This document shows, piece by piece, positions 1 to 11,539 of a DNA stretch of 64,000 bases. The stretch comes from Botryllus schlosseri (taxonomy: Eukaryota). Location of the stretch: contig CM119372.1 in the NCBI GenBank assembly GCA_051294905.1, forward strand, positions 25,112,001 to 25,176,000, in the 5' to 3' direction. The position numbers and the translations under genes are program-made. The notes under the pieces are model-generated. The model saw nothing but the letters and a program-made list of their open reading frames with translations, was not told the origin of the DNA and searched no databases. How positions within the stretch are numbered: the first letter of the stretch is position 1; each line of letters opens with the position of its first letter.

Positions 1-599
1 TTGCAAGTAATGCGAGACCCGTCAATAATGTTCATGAACTTGGGACGCGGGATTTGGGTTCGCTAGATGCTCGGGGATATTTTGAGTGACATTCGGCAGG
101 GGCTGTATCGCCGCTTGTCTTTGTCAGCAGGTAAACAACGTAACGAATAACTCCCGAGAGCTCTTGCAATCGCTTGTTAGTTAGGGCTATTGTTGTTGTG
201 TTTCCGATGTTGGCGGTTCCGTTCGTCCACCGTCCAGTTAACTTGTTGTTCGGGAATTCCTGTTGTTAGTTTCCCATGTAGTTTCGTAGCGTATTGTATC
301 ACACTGGCCATGTTCGATTTATTTTCGACGCCGTGTGATATTTTTAATCAAACGCTTTCGTTATAGTCTGTAAGCGCAAAAATATTTTGTTATTTCCACT
401 GCGCGATTACTTAACAATAGATGACATCAGTAATTCTGTACAGATATACTTCGATTTTTTTATAGAAGCATTTTAACGTACGTAAATCGGAAGACTAATT
501 ACTCATTACCGCGGTATGTCTTTCCGCTGCACATTCGGATTTTTCCGTTTTAATGAACATATATCATTGAATGAGATTAGATCGCAATCATTAGATTTA

Positions 600-1171
600 T
601 TAGACGGCAACGGCGGGAGAAAGTTGTGCCTTAATACATATTAAGATGATTTGTGAAAACGAGTCTTAAATTGTGTGCCATGCTAAAGCAAATTGCCGCA
701 GGGTGTGCTGACGACGTTTTCGTGTTGTGTTTTGCTGGAACTCGTTTCTAATCGCGACTTAATCGAACCTAGTCAGCATAGATTCGCGCTCATCGCGCTA
801 AAATATAAAGTGCGAGGCCTGTATTAATGCAGGATTTATGTAGGCTCGCATCATATGCAGTGTAGCTTCGTAATAATGACCGTCGCGACGTCAACAACGA
901 GACGAGATACGCGGCGTATTTTGTTATCGCCTTTGTCACGTCGAAAATATGTTGTTTCCTGGATTCGCAACCAGCTCTACTTTGTGTTTGGCCGTTGATT
1001 GATACTGGCCCGTGGGAGATATAAATACTGCGCGGAAGAATGGGGAGTAGGCAGACTCATGAAATCATGTTGCAAGTGATATTCTGATACAAGGATCCCG
1101 GTTGTGTTGTAATAAATAAGGCATAAGCAGTGCTTGGGTAAACGGAGAGTACAGTGCTGTAGCAGTGAAAT
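600..1171 (+). promoter_or_regulatory. Putative promoter / 5' UTR of the XRN1-tail-like gene
   Basis: CpG-rich by eye compared with the CpG-poor, TG/CA-rich introns at 1600-5200. TATAAA at ~1020. In-frame TGA (1166-1168) precedes ATG|gtaagc. Confidence 0.4.
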
Positions 1172-4100
1172 ATGGTAAGCTGTCTATAGTACAGATTCTG
1201 ACGAGTCGTTTTCCCTTTGTTCATTTTCAGTTATTTATATCCACATTACCCTGCGTTTGGAACTTTTGCCAATGCACGCGTGATCAATACACATCGCTAC
1301 TCGGCGTAGCATGCATAGCGTAACGTTGCTGCTAATCGTTCTATACTCGACACCATTGGCCGCCATACTTTGGCACACTCTCAGCGAAAGACTGCCATAT
1401 TATCAACAAACATACTTTCCCAACTGTCGGGAGTCCGAATCACGGCAAAGATCGCTATCATACTTATCGCGATATCATATTTCGAGTTTATTTGGATTTA
1501 TATCGACGCCTATCCAAAGCATTATGACTACCAGATATTGGGATGAGATTGATTGGTATATTCAGGTACTGTCACAGTCATGTTGATTAGCCGTTTTTCA
1601 AGTACTTATTGAAGGATACACATGGAATTGATTGTTTTATTTGTATCTTACATGCGCTCATTGAAATTGCGTTGGTATTGCTGTTGTGAGACCAACTTCC
1701 TGTATCTTAAGTTCTTCAAGCTTGTAACAATATCATCTCACAATAACATTGCCCAAGGAATTGTTACCCATATGATTATTGTTGATTTACTGATTCTATT
1801 CTAATACAGCAGCTCAACCAAGGCTTTTCCAATGCGATCCCATTGTATTTGCCAGAATGTCAATAGATTTAATGCTGTTTGAAATAGGTTATGCACTTGA
1901 TCACTGCTCAGTGCCCATTCATAGGAATTAACGTGTCTTATCTGTGATATTAAAGCCTGCATAATGCCAATTTTCTGACTGTGAATTTAACTTTCAGGAG
2001 GGCACGCAAAAGCTGTGCGAAATGCTCAAACACGAAGAGGATGATAATAACTCATCCAAGTGGTCAGCTGGCGAAGAAGGTATGATAAATATTGATAGTA
2101 GAGGCTGTTGTCTCAGTAAATATTTAAGTTATGTTTTCCTGTTGGCTGTGAAGATTGCAACCCTTTCTCCGTGTGTTGATTCATGCGCGTTTCACTCTGT
2201 CTACTCATATTGCTGATTGTTAAATCTTTGTTTTGTTACAGGCGTTCTGTAAATTAACATATTATAGTATGGTGTCCGCTCTCAAGGCTTGCTGCATAAT
2301 TGCTGGAATTATGTTGAGTTGATCATGATATTCTTCATCAAAATTTTTATTTTAAGATTGTCATGAAATTGCCTGTATAGTTATCATCAGACTTGATGGC
2401 TATAGTTGAAACTCTGCTTGGCTTCTTAGATTTTTTAAGTGTCGGCGCTGTTGTTTCCCATTGCAAATTTCCTGATAGCATGCATGCGATGCAAGGGTGA
2501 AGTTATTTTATATATGTGATGAATTTATACGCAGCTGAGGATGCACCAGAAGGCGCCAAAAACTCAGAAGAAAAAGAAAATCCAAGCACGCAAGAATTGA
2601 CAGACAAAATAGATAAATTGTAAGTTTACAACAGTGCAATATGAAAGCAACATGACAAAATGACCATATGAAGTATGTGCTGTCGGGTATCTTCGATGTG
2701 ATGCAATAGAATCAGTCTTGGGATGCTTCTCTGGCATCATTCTTTGCAGAATAAACTCCCATATTACCCTGGTGTGATTTATCTCGAGATGGCTCGCCTT
2801 GAATAGCTCGTTTTTCTATGAAGGTGGATAATGCGATTTGAATTACGGCCATGTATGCTTTTCAAGTGAATTTATCCCGTCTGTAACAAAATTATTGTAA
2901 GCTATGCATAAGAAATTAGCTTAGTATCCCCATGCCTGTTTGCAGAATCTTACAGTGTAGCAATGATTTCATGCAACCAAAATCTGTTGTTTGTGTTGCC
3001 ACTCCTGATTAATTCCACATCATGCTAATACAAGTCTAGTTCACGTTCTTTATGTGTTTGGTCTGTTTATAAGCCTATGCGTGCTGCTGATTGTGTTCAG
3101 CCTACTAAATATGCGACACATTTGGACTGTGTGCTGCAGTTTAATCGGTGCAGTTATTATCTGTTGGTTTGATCGTATTTATCATTTTAGAACTGTTAAA
3201 AGCGGGTCTGATGCAGACTCCGAGAAAGAAGAACAGGATGAATATATGGAACGTTCCACTTCAGTTGAAGATCAGGGTTCAAGTAAAAACATGAGTTTAT
3301 TGTTTTTTGTAGTCTTTCTTCCATCCAGAAAGTATGACCTCACTTGTTTTTGGGCTTTAACTATTGAGTTGTGTTTCTGAGTAAATAGTAGTATAGTAGT
3401 ATATATATATATATATATATATTGACCATCCGTTGTTTGGTCAGATGATATGGCAATTATAATCAGGCCTTTATTGATATAAAGCCATTGTGAGTGTGGC
3501 CTTGGTACACTGCTGTTGTAGGATTGGTCTACATTGACTGTCGCACAATTAAATGCTGAAGTTTGAAGTAGTTCTATAGAGACAAGGCAGCGCTGATTGT
3601 TTCAATAATATGAATAGTCCAGTCATCAGAAATTTGTACCTTGGACCATGTGGACCATGTTTTTTAACCAAACGGGGGTTTATATTACTTCCATTAAAAC
3701 TGCACGTTTTTGAAGCCAAACTTCTGACTTTGTCGTTTTAGATTCAAAGTTGAAAAAGAGTGTTTCGATATGTTTGTAGGCCTACATCTTTAATAAGTGA
3801 AACCGCCATGACAACTGTGTGATAGGGACCTTGTGTGATGATAACAGATAATCCTCTCCAAAATTGCACCGTTTTCATTGTCATGAGTCATATGTTTGTG
3901 CTGTGGTGCATCTTGCAACTTCCAACACTGGCACCTAGACCAAATCTGTTTCTATAAACTATTTTAGTAATTCTCGCACATTTCGTTCTTTCTTTTAAGT
4001 AGTTTTGGCACTCATTGGCAGACTGCTTCTACAGCAATTAGGTAGAAATTTACTATGTTACTTCGAACACATCTGGTTTGACATCCTCATTGTGATGTCT

Positions 4101-7100
4101 TCAACGTGTGGGAAAGATGGCAATTTTGATGAATGGAAATAACTGTGTGTGATGCGTGTGCCTGATTGTGTAAGTACTAGGTAGTTTTACAGAATATTTA
4201 GCAACTTGAATATTTCTAGATTCTATTCCAACCAACGATGCAATTTTATGACAAATCACGCCACTGTTAGTCCTGACCATCTAGTTAACAAAGTTGCGTG
4301 AGATTTATGCCCACAAATAGCGTGTAGATATAAATCCAATTGCCCATTCCAAAAATATATGACCTTATCAAACCACCGCAACTTCATCGCTAATTTGCCT
4401 TTTCTTTTTTTGTCCCTCTGCCTTCTCATTCACGAGCAACAATCTTTGGTTCAGATATTATCAAAAAGCAAACAAACGTGGAAGAACTCCAATCATTATG
4501 TATCAAGTGCAAGATGATGTCGCCGATATACACTTATTTCACAACTGATGACGTGAGTCCATGTAGCTTTCTAGCGAATATTTCTTTTATTAGCAGTTCC
4601 AAGTTCCAAGTACAATTGATATTGAAATTTGGTACTATGGTAATAATCAATCTATCTTTATGCTTATGTGTGGCTCTGCTTATTGAGAATTATTGCCTGA
4701 TTTTCCTCTGCATTATGATGGTTATTGTATTCTCAATTTACATTCAAAGCAATGCTTTAATGGACCAAACCGGATCTGAAACAATCCTATCGGAAATCGG
4801 CAAGCCGATGATGCGGCTTGTTCCCATTGTTGTTTAACGCAGAGGAAATTGGAATCTAAATGTGTTTTAATGATTTGTCCTAGTAATTTCCCTTTTGCAT
4901 ATTCTCATGGAATTCAGCGGCATGCATTGCTGTGGATGATTCACGTTCAGTGGCTCTATTTTTTGCAAAGCTGCGTCGAGTTGGGCTGATGCTCACCGGT
5001 AATGGTAGTACAATCACATTCCCACTTGTCAATTAAGTGTTGCCGCAATTTCAATTACGTTTTAAATACACACTTGTTGCCTTAGTGGTTTGAATTGATC
5101 AACTAATATAAGAAATTGCTTTGCCCGGTGCTATGTCGCATCTTTGGATTATTAATATTATGGAGCTTTCATTGTACGATGAAAATGAATAACCCCACTT
5201 TCTCCTGCTGATATTGGTCTCTGTTGTCAGTATATCATGTTAGCCTTTCTGTGCATATGCCTTTCCTTCGGCATCTGATTTCATCCTTTTTTCAGGAACA
5301 AGTCGTTTCGACTGTGCAACTGTGGAGTGGTGTGAGATTCAGCTCACGGCCACACAGGAGTAGAGACAAAGCTATGGAGGCGGCCGCGTATCAAGGACTC
5401 GCCTATCTCGTAAGCTATCTTGAGATTTTGAAACTCGGACTTGACTCAGTGGTGAATTGAAAATGACTGGTCTTGACTTTGAGTCAAAGCTGTAAAATTC
5501 AAATTGACTTGTGACTCGGAACCTTGTGACTTGGTTACAACCCTGTTTCAAACCTATACAAATCTAATTCCATTTTTACGAAACGAAAACGTAAAAAATT
5601 GTAGGAGTGGGAGCAGTCTGAAAATATGACCGCTCGAGTAGGCGGTGAAAGTAAGCCAAGCTTACTTGATTACTCTGAAAAAGTGGAAGTACTTTGCCAC
5701 TGACCTGACCACCTCTGGAAAAACTGTGCCGCCGTACTGTTGTCAAGATAATCGATATTATTGTCAGTTTCGCTCCCAAGTCAAGTCGATGCTAATATTG
5801 TCTTGGGCCGTCTTGATGCAGAGCTGCTGATATATATACAATATACACACCCGTCATGGGGTCGTGTTGAAATCCCTTCTCCAAGATGTAGTCGCAGAAA
5901 GTGTGAGAAACTCACCGATGCAGCGGTCAACAAATCCACTCGTTCTCGTATAGCACTACTAGAGGAGCGACTGTTAATGGCGGCGATTTTTCAGAAATAC
6001 GAACTCAAGGAGAACCGCCCGATATCAACGAGTCCGCCGTCTAGTGCGTACGTGACCGTCCACAACGTGGCTCCGAATCAGTACTATGCTCCCCATCCCG
6101 CCTACGGTATGTTGCTTCGCTCGGACGAAAATGATGACCATTGATTTTAGATTAGTTATTAGCTTATCGAAGAGGGCGTGAACAAGTGACATATGAGAGT
6201 GGTGACTTTTTTTTCTTTAGCTTGACCTAATTTTTGAAACACATCGATGGCCCTGTATGTAATAGCAATGTCTGATCATTTCTGCTTGGTGCTCCCTTAA
6301 TCAACAGCACATTGTTCAAACAACGGCATTTTCTTCTGAAAATTGTCAGAACACACACGCGCGCACAGCACACTCATCAACAGCTTATGTGGAATAACAT
6401 ATGTAATATCGAATACGTCATGCATTCGTTTCTCTTGTGATGCCAACCTGCCCCGTCTGTTTTTCAGCCACCCCTTTGTCGTATGCCACGTCGCCGCACC
6501 CTTATTACTACCCGGGTACACCATACCACTTGATGCCAACACGTACCGTTGGACGTCAGGATATCTCGCCGGCGGCCGTCATTCACCCGTCTTACACAGT
6601 GGGCCCAGGGCATCATATGGGCATGCCGCCGTACCAGCCGTTCATGCAATACCCGTACCTGCCCGTCCAGGTCAGCCCCACGCATCATTCAAAGCGAATG
6701 CCGCAGTACGCGAGCCGGCAGCCGCGGACAGAGTTCAAGATTCTCGACAAGCCGCCCGTTCCCAAGGAGACCAATGAGGTTCGTGTGGATGTATCATCCT
6801 GTTATTGACAGGATTGTAATGGACTCGAGTCATTTTTCAAATGCGTAAAATGACTCGACTTGTACTCAAGTCATTGTGCATGACTCGAACCAAGTCATAT
6901 GACTCGAGACTAGGACGATCAAGACATACATTTCATTGTGACTTCGAGGAATAGTAAAATTTCCACATTTATGGTATTTCGTCTATCCTTCCTGATACTT
7001 GGGAAAATAGGCCAGAAACTGTTTGGACTGAGGAAAATTACTATATTATAAATGCGAACCATTCTATATCACCTGAGCATGAGGTAAAAAAGTGGTTTAA

Positions 7101-8406
7101 CCGGATTGAACTGTAAACTGAACACTGAACAGTGAACATAATGACTTATACTCGGGTCAAAACACTATGACTCGGACTCGACCCTCTGCTAGCTGACTTG
7201 GACTCGGACCTGAATCGGTGGTGAATTGAAATTGACTTGTGACTTGGTGACGGTTACACAACCCTGGTTATTGAGTACTTTGGCGCTAACTAGTGGTGGC
7301 TCGGGCTCAAAGATTTAGGTCTAGTAGCGAGTGTGGATTTTTTCGTGTAGCTGAAATACTAGAAGAAGTACAGTAGGGTTGTTCGAAAATGACTGGCAAT
7401 TCACTGATTACATTGATAGGTTGCCTAAAAATTGCTGCACACCAAATTTGACTCGGTTTCCAACTAGTAGATGTGTACTCACAGGAGTAGGAATGTTTCG
7501 AACTTATTATGAAAAAACATTAAAAAATGTTTTCAAATTTTACTGTCAACACCATGAAATGGTTAAGTTGTCTAAAAAAAACGATGATGTACAATTTTTG
7601 CTCACTTCCAACCTCTAGAAGCGTAGTGAATACAGTTGAAAATATTGGATTCGCAAAACTAGCCTGGACTGTGGGTAATCCCAGAATTTTTAATGAAAAA
7701 ATCAAATAACCTCGCTTCTACGGGTTGGAATTGCGTGGAATTTGTTTTGCATCGTTTTTGTAGACAACTCAATAACAGTAAAATTTGAAAAGAATTTTTA
7801 AATTTTTTTGCAATAAATTCAAAATTTTCAAACTCCTGTGCGTTCACAACTGCCAGTTGGAATCGAGCCAAATTTGGTGTGCAGCGTATTTTCAGGCAAC
7901 CTAACAGTTTAATTAGTGAATCCCTGGAATCGGGACAAAAAGTTGTTTTAGAACAACCCTAATGTGCCAGTTATCCTTCGGAGCCATTTCGACAAAATAT
8001 GCTGGCATCGACTTCCTCCTACCTGCTCAAACATTATTCACTTCATTCAATATTTCTCTCATTACTCAAATGCGAGTCGAGTATCAATTTTAATGATTAG
8101 AGTTGAGTAATGATAATGGATTTCTTTGAGTAACGGAAATAGCTGTGGTATATCAGTTGCGTACCAGTGTAATTCCGATACTGCAAGAATATATGAAAGC
8201 CGTTGTGAGTCCAGTCTCGATTTTACTCCGATCTTTTTTTCCAGCAATCCGATCAGTGTGACGCATCCAACAGAGTTGATGGCAAGGCAACAACAACAGG
8301 GGACCAAAAAGACATTGAAAATAAAAATGAAAGGTCAAAGCCACAGAGACAGCAAAGCCAAACGAAACCAAAACTGGCAGTTTCGTTTACCCAAGCAAAG
8401 AAATAA
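1172..8406 (+). CDS. Spliced gene encoding an XRN1 C-terminal-tail-like protein (~352 aa; helical motif, dsRBD-like fold, Pro/Tyr-rich region, terminal KLAVSF motif); no nuclease domain in window
   Basis: Phase-consistent GT-AG exon chain: 1172-1174 (ATG), 1998-2079, 2535-2619, 3191-3282 (or 3276), 4455-4552, 5296-5409, 5995-6106, 6468-6778, 8245-8406 (TAA). Product: MEGTQKLCEMLK...EELQSLCIKCKMMSPIYTYFTTDDEQVVSTVQLWSGVRFSSRPHRSRDKAMEAAAYQGLAYL...YLPVQVS...KPKLAVSFTQAKK*. These motifs are collinear with the vertebrate XRN1 tail as recalled (MKGTRMLKEILK; ELSRIC...EAKEKAALFALQQL; FIPLQVT; RKLAVNF). Confidence 0.72.
4455..5409 (+). CDS. Two exons (4455-4552, 5296-5409) encoding a dsRBD-like alpha-beta-beta-beta-alpha module
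   Basis: LQSLC...P-x-Y...STVQL...F...KAMEAAAYQGLAYL fits the DSRM pattern. The exons join in phase 0 via a gtgagt donor and a tttttcag acceptor. Confidence 0.7.
5430..5545 (+). mobile_element. Right-end fragment of GACTCGAGTC-rich hAT-type MITE
   Basis: Ends ggttacaaccctg and matches the 3' ends of the copies at 6809-7266, 26914-27374 and 33009-33552. Confidence 0.7.
6809..7266 (+). mobile_element. GACTCGAGTC-rich hAT-type MITE
   Basis: TIRs caggattgtaa...acaaccctg; 8-bp TSD gttattga on both sides. Confidence 0.85.
7374..7961. mobile_element. TAGGG-terminal MITE (related to foldback 50609-51263)
   Basis: Termini tagggttgttc...gaacaacccta and internal inverted motifs (ggttgcctaa, caccaaatttg). 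No clean TSD. Confidence 0.65.
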
Positions 8407-9207
8407 CTCGGAACCCCAGTGTCTGTTAGCTGTTTTGAATCGTTATTAATTTACGGGGGCTTGCCTGTCATCGTTTATTTATTCCGATTTGTAGTAGGCG
8501 TTGAATTTCTGTACGTGTACTGTACCGGTTATGCACTATTTATTCGAGACATGTTCATAACTTAAGATTAATCGTGAAAGTCGCAACTCGGTGGTAGTGA
8601 TAGTGAACAGATGTATTCGGTAGTGTATATTTAAGGTGTGTACAGAATATGTAAACTGTGTATTTGGAAAAAAGTAGAGCATAATCAAACTGTAAACCGT
8701 GTAATCCGTTGTAGATTGTAATACCAAAATATTAACTTTTCATTGTTCTCGGTGTGTGCAAACTTGCATTTCGCGGTCTTTTATGTCCACTTTCTACCTT
8801 GACGCTTTTTAAAGTAAAAAGACCTTCCTTCGAAATATTTGTGATTTTTTAGGGTGCCTCAAGAAAGAGATAAGTTTTCATCACATCAGTAATTTAGAGA
8901 ACAGTGCTGTCATAATATCACAAGCACATCCAGGCAGAGCAGAAAGAAAATGTCAATTCACCTACCGTGCCGCCGGAGTAGAATGGGTGTAACTAATAGG
9001 ACAAGTTGTTTCAAATGAATTTGTTCCGACCAGAAAAATACTTGAAAAGATAAGTTTCTGTATAATATGGCATGCCATGATACGATATTTCAGTTCACGC
9101 TTGTGCATTATTCGTACAGTATTACGATAACTCTCCTTCAAATGTATTTCTGAACAACCCTGCTCTTCGCGCATTTTAATAAACCACGTAAATATATTGT
9201 GAGCAAT

Positions 9208-9325
9208 CAGTTTTTATTAATATTTTCATCATTTCAAAACATCACAAAACTGCGATACAATGAAAATGTAGGAAGGTGTCGAAACAACTTGGAGTAGCCT
9301 TTAAGATCAGACACCCACCTTAGCA
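9208..9325 (-). mobile_element. 3' UTR-only fragment of the CR1/L2-group LINE
   Basis: Reverse complement of ~11010-11130. Confidence 0.8.
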
Positions 9326-9714
9326 CCAGAAAAGGCACATGAATTGTCACTATGTACATTGGTTTTCGCATTGAGATTAGTCGCCGGAAATGTGGTATGT
9401 TGTTACCACGGCGCTCCCAAAAGCTCGCCAGGTCTGTTTGATTGTAATTACTTTTTGACTCCGAACAAACTACGGATTTGATACGAGATATGATTCAACT
9501 ACAGAAAGGAAAACCGGTATTCTATTCTGTGAAGGCCCGCGAGCAATTAGCATGCAAGGGCATCAGAATATTCTGCGACTAGCTACGACACCATTGTGTC
9601 ATCATCTTTTAAATATCACACGTTCAACCCAATAAATTACAGAAGAGTATACATGGCTCTAACAGGCATGAAGAGCAGAGACGGTGTTTCGCGTGATTGG
9701 GGTGCTGGTTACTT

Positions 9715-11138
9715 CGATCGCAATCTCCAACAGTGGCTGAACAGTACTATGACATCTTGGAGAAACGAAGTGTGGGATGTAGCATTTTTCTTGATCTTAA
9801 AAAAGCATTTGACTGCGTCGATCACAGTATTCTTCTCTCAAAATTGGCGCGCTACGGGTTCCGGGGTCCACAACTAGAGCTCATGAAAAGCTACCTGACT
9901 GGGAGATATCAAATGGTTTCGATATCCAACACTTTGTCCTCCCCCCACCTTGTTACCTGTGGTGTTCCGCAAGGCTCTGTTCTTGGACCTGTCCTTTTTA
10001 CTTTATATGTCAATGATATCTTTGAAACCTCATCATTGAATACCACACTCTTCGCTGACGATACTCACCTCCTATCTCACGCACCTACTACCGCAAGCTT
10101 GAATGCCGTCACCAGTGATCAAATGCCCAAAGTGCATGAGTGGACGTCCCAGCCTTCGGGTTAACGCTGCGAAATCCCAATTATTGGTCGTGAACTCCTG
10201 CGATAACCTAACCGTTGACATCGCTGGCCAACCAATTTCCAACACTAAAAATGCCAAATACCTTGGTGTTTTACTGGATTCGGACATGTCCTGGAAGAGT
10301 CACATACAATCACTCAAACCACGACTATCGAAGATATGTGGTCTATTTCGCCGCCTTAGCTACATTCTGCCAGTCAGCGTGCTGTTGATACTCTTCAACT
10401 CTCTATTCCTATCAAAGTTACAATACGGAATTCTTTGTTGGGGTGCTGCCTGCAAGAATACAATTGACCCACTGCAAAAACTTCAACATCGGATCATCCG
10501 TATCATTGCCAAAGCCCCACGGGGGCCTGGATGTGCAACTGATAAATCGCTTCTCAAAAGATTTGGTGTTCTAAACTTAGAAGATATCAGGAAGCTAGAA
10601 ATTGCCAAGTTTATGTATCAGTTCCATTGCGGTCAATGTCCCTCAAATTTCAAGGACTACTTCACCTCGGAGACAAAAGCGCACAAGTACAGCACACGCG
10701 CGTCAACGAAGAACAACTGCCACATGATCAGGACTGAATACAAGAAAACGCATTGCTCCATCAAGTATGCCGGACCCCAATTGTGGAACAGCATCTCGCC
10801 GGCTATCCGACAGTCGTCGAGCATGTCCGCATTCAAGTCGAAATACAAGCAATTTCTTCTAAATCAATACTAGCCAGTCTTCAGGATTACCGGACCACGA
10901 CCTAACATCGACCTCGCCCTCCGCCACATGCCACCCCATTTTGTCGCTTGCGTCTTATATTCTCTGCATTACTTTTCATTCAGTGTGCATGCCTCTTATT
11001 TACTTCGCCTAGGCGAAGGTGGGTGTCTGATCTTAATGGCTACTCCAAGTTGTTTCGACACCTTCATATCTTTTCATTGTATCGCAGTCTTGTGATGTTT
11101 TGAAACGATTAAAATATTAATAAACCTGACTGACTGAA
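9715..11138 (+). mobile_element. 5'-truncated CR1/L2-group (Crack-like) non-LTR retrotransposon, RT with frameshift
   Basis: RT motifs FLDLKKAFDCVDH, GVPQGSVLGP, FADDT, KYLGV. Frameshift at ~10150. C-terminal SIKYAGPQLWNSI...FKSKYK, stop at 10873. The 3' UTR ends aataaa + (ctga)n. Confidence 0.93.
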
Positions 11139-11539
11139 CAGAATGGCCTTCTGAGATGAAATATCCTACTGTGCAGACTCATTATAATTGCTAAATTGTC
11201 AATAGCCTAGGCTACTGATACAAACATTTTGCTGTTTAGAGATGTTTTCTTGGGGATTGTGGAAAAAAAGTTGGATAAGTAAAGTCAATCATGGTGACTT
11301 CGAAATGTTTACAAAAATCCACTTTCTCCTGTGATATACATAGGCTAACCCAGGGATATCTAGATATCCCTGACATAACTATTTTCCATAATAACTTCAA
11401 GATAAGCTGCCAGATAGAAATGACCAGGCTTGACGTTATATGTTCATTAAAAAAATACTTTGCCAATTTTATTGGCATATTTGTTGCGATCATACCGAAA
11501 TGTGTCGTCTGAAACGTTACGCGTTATTATTACATTCGC

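Noticed and set aside
177..311. Minus-strand 45-codon ORF as a gene
   Set aside because: Short, with no recognisable motif. It may be a uORF or UTR of a gene outside the window.
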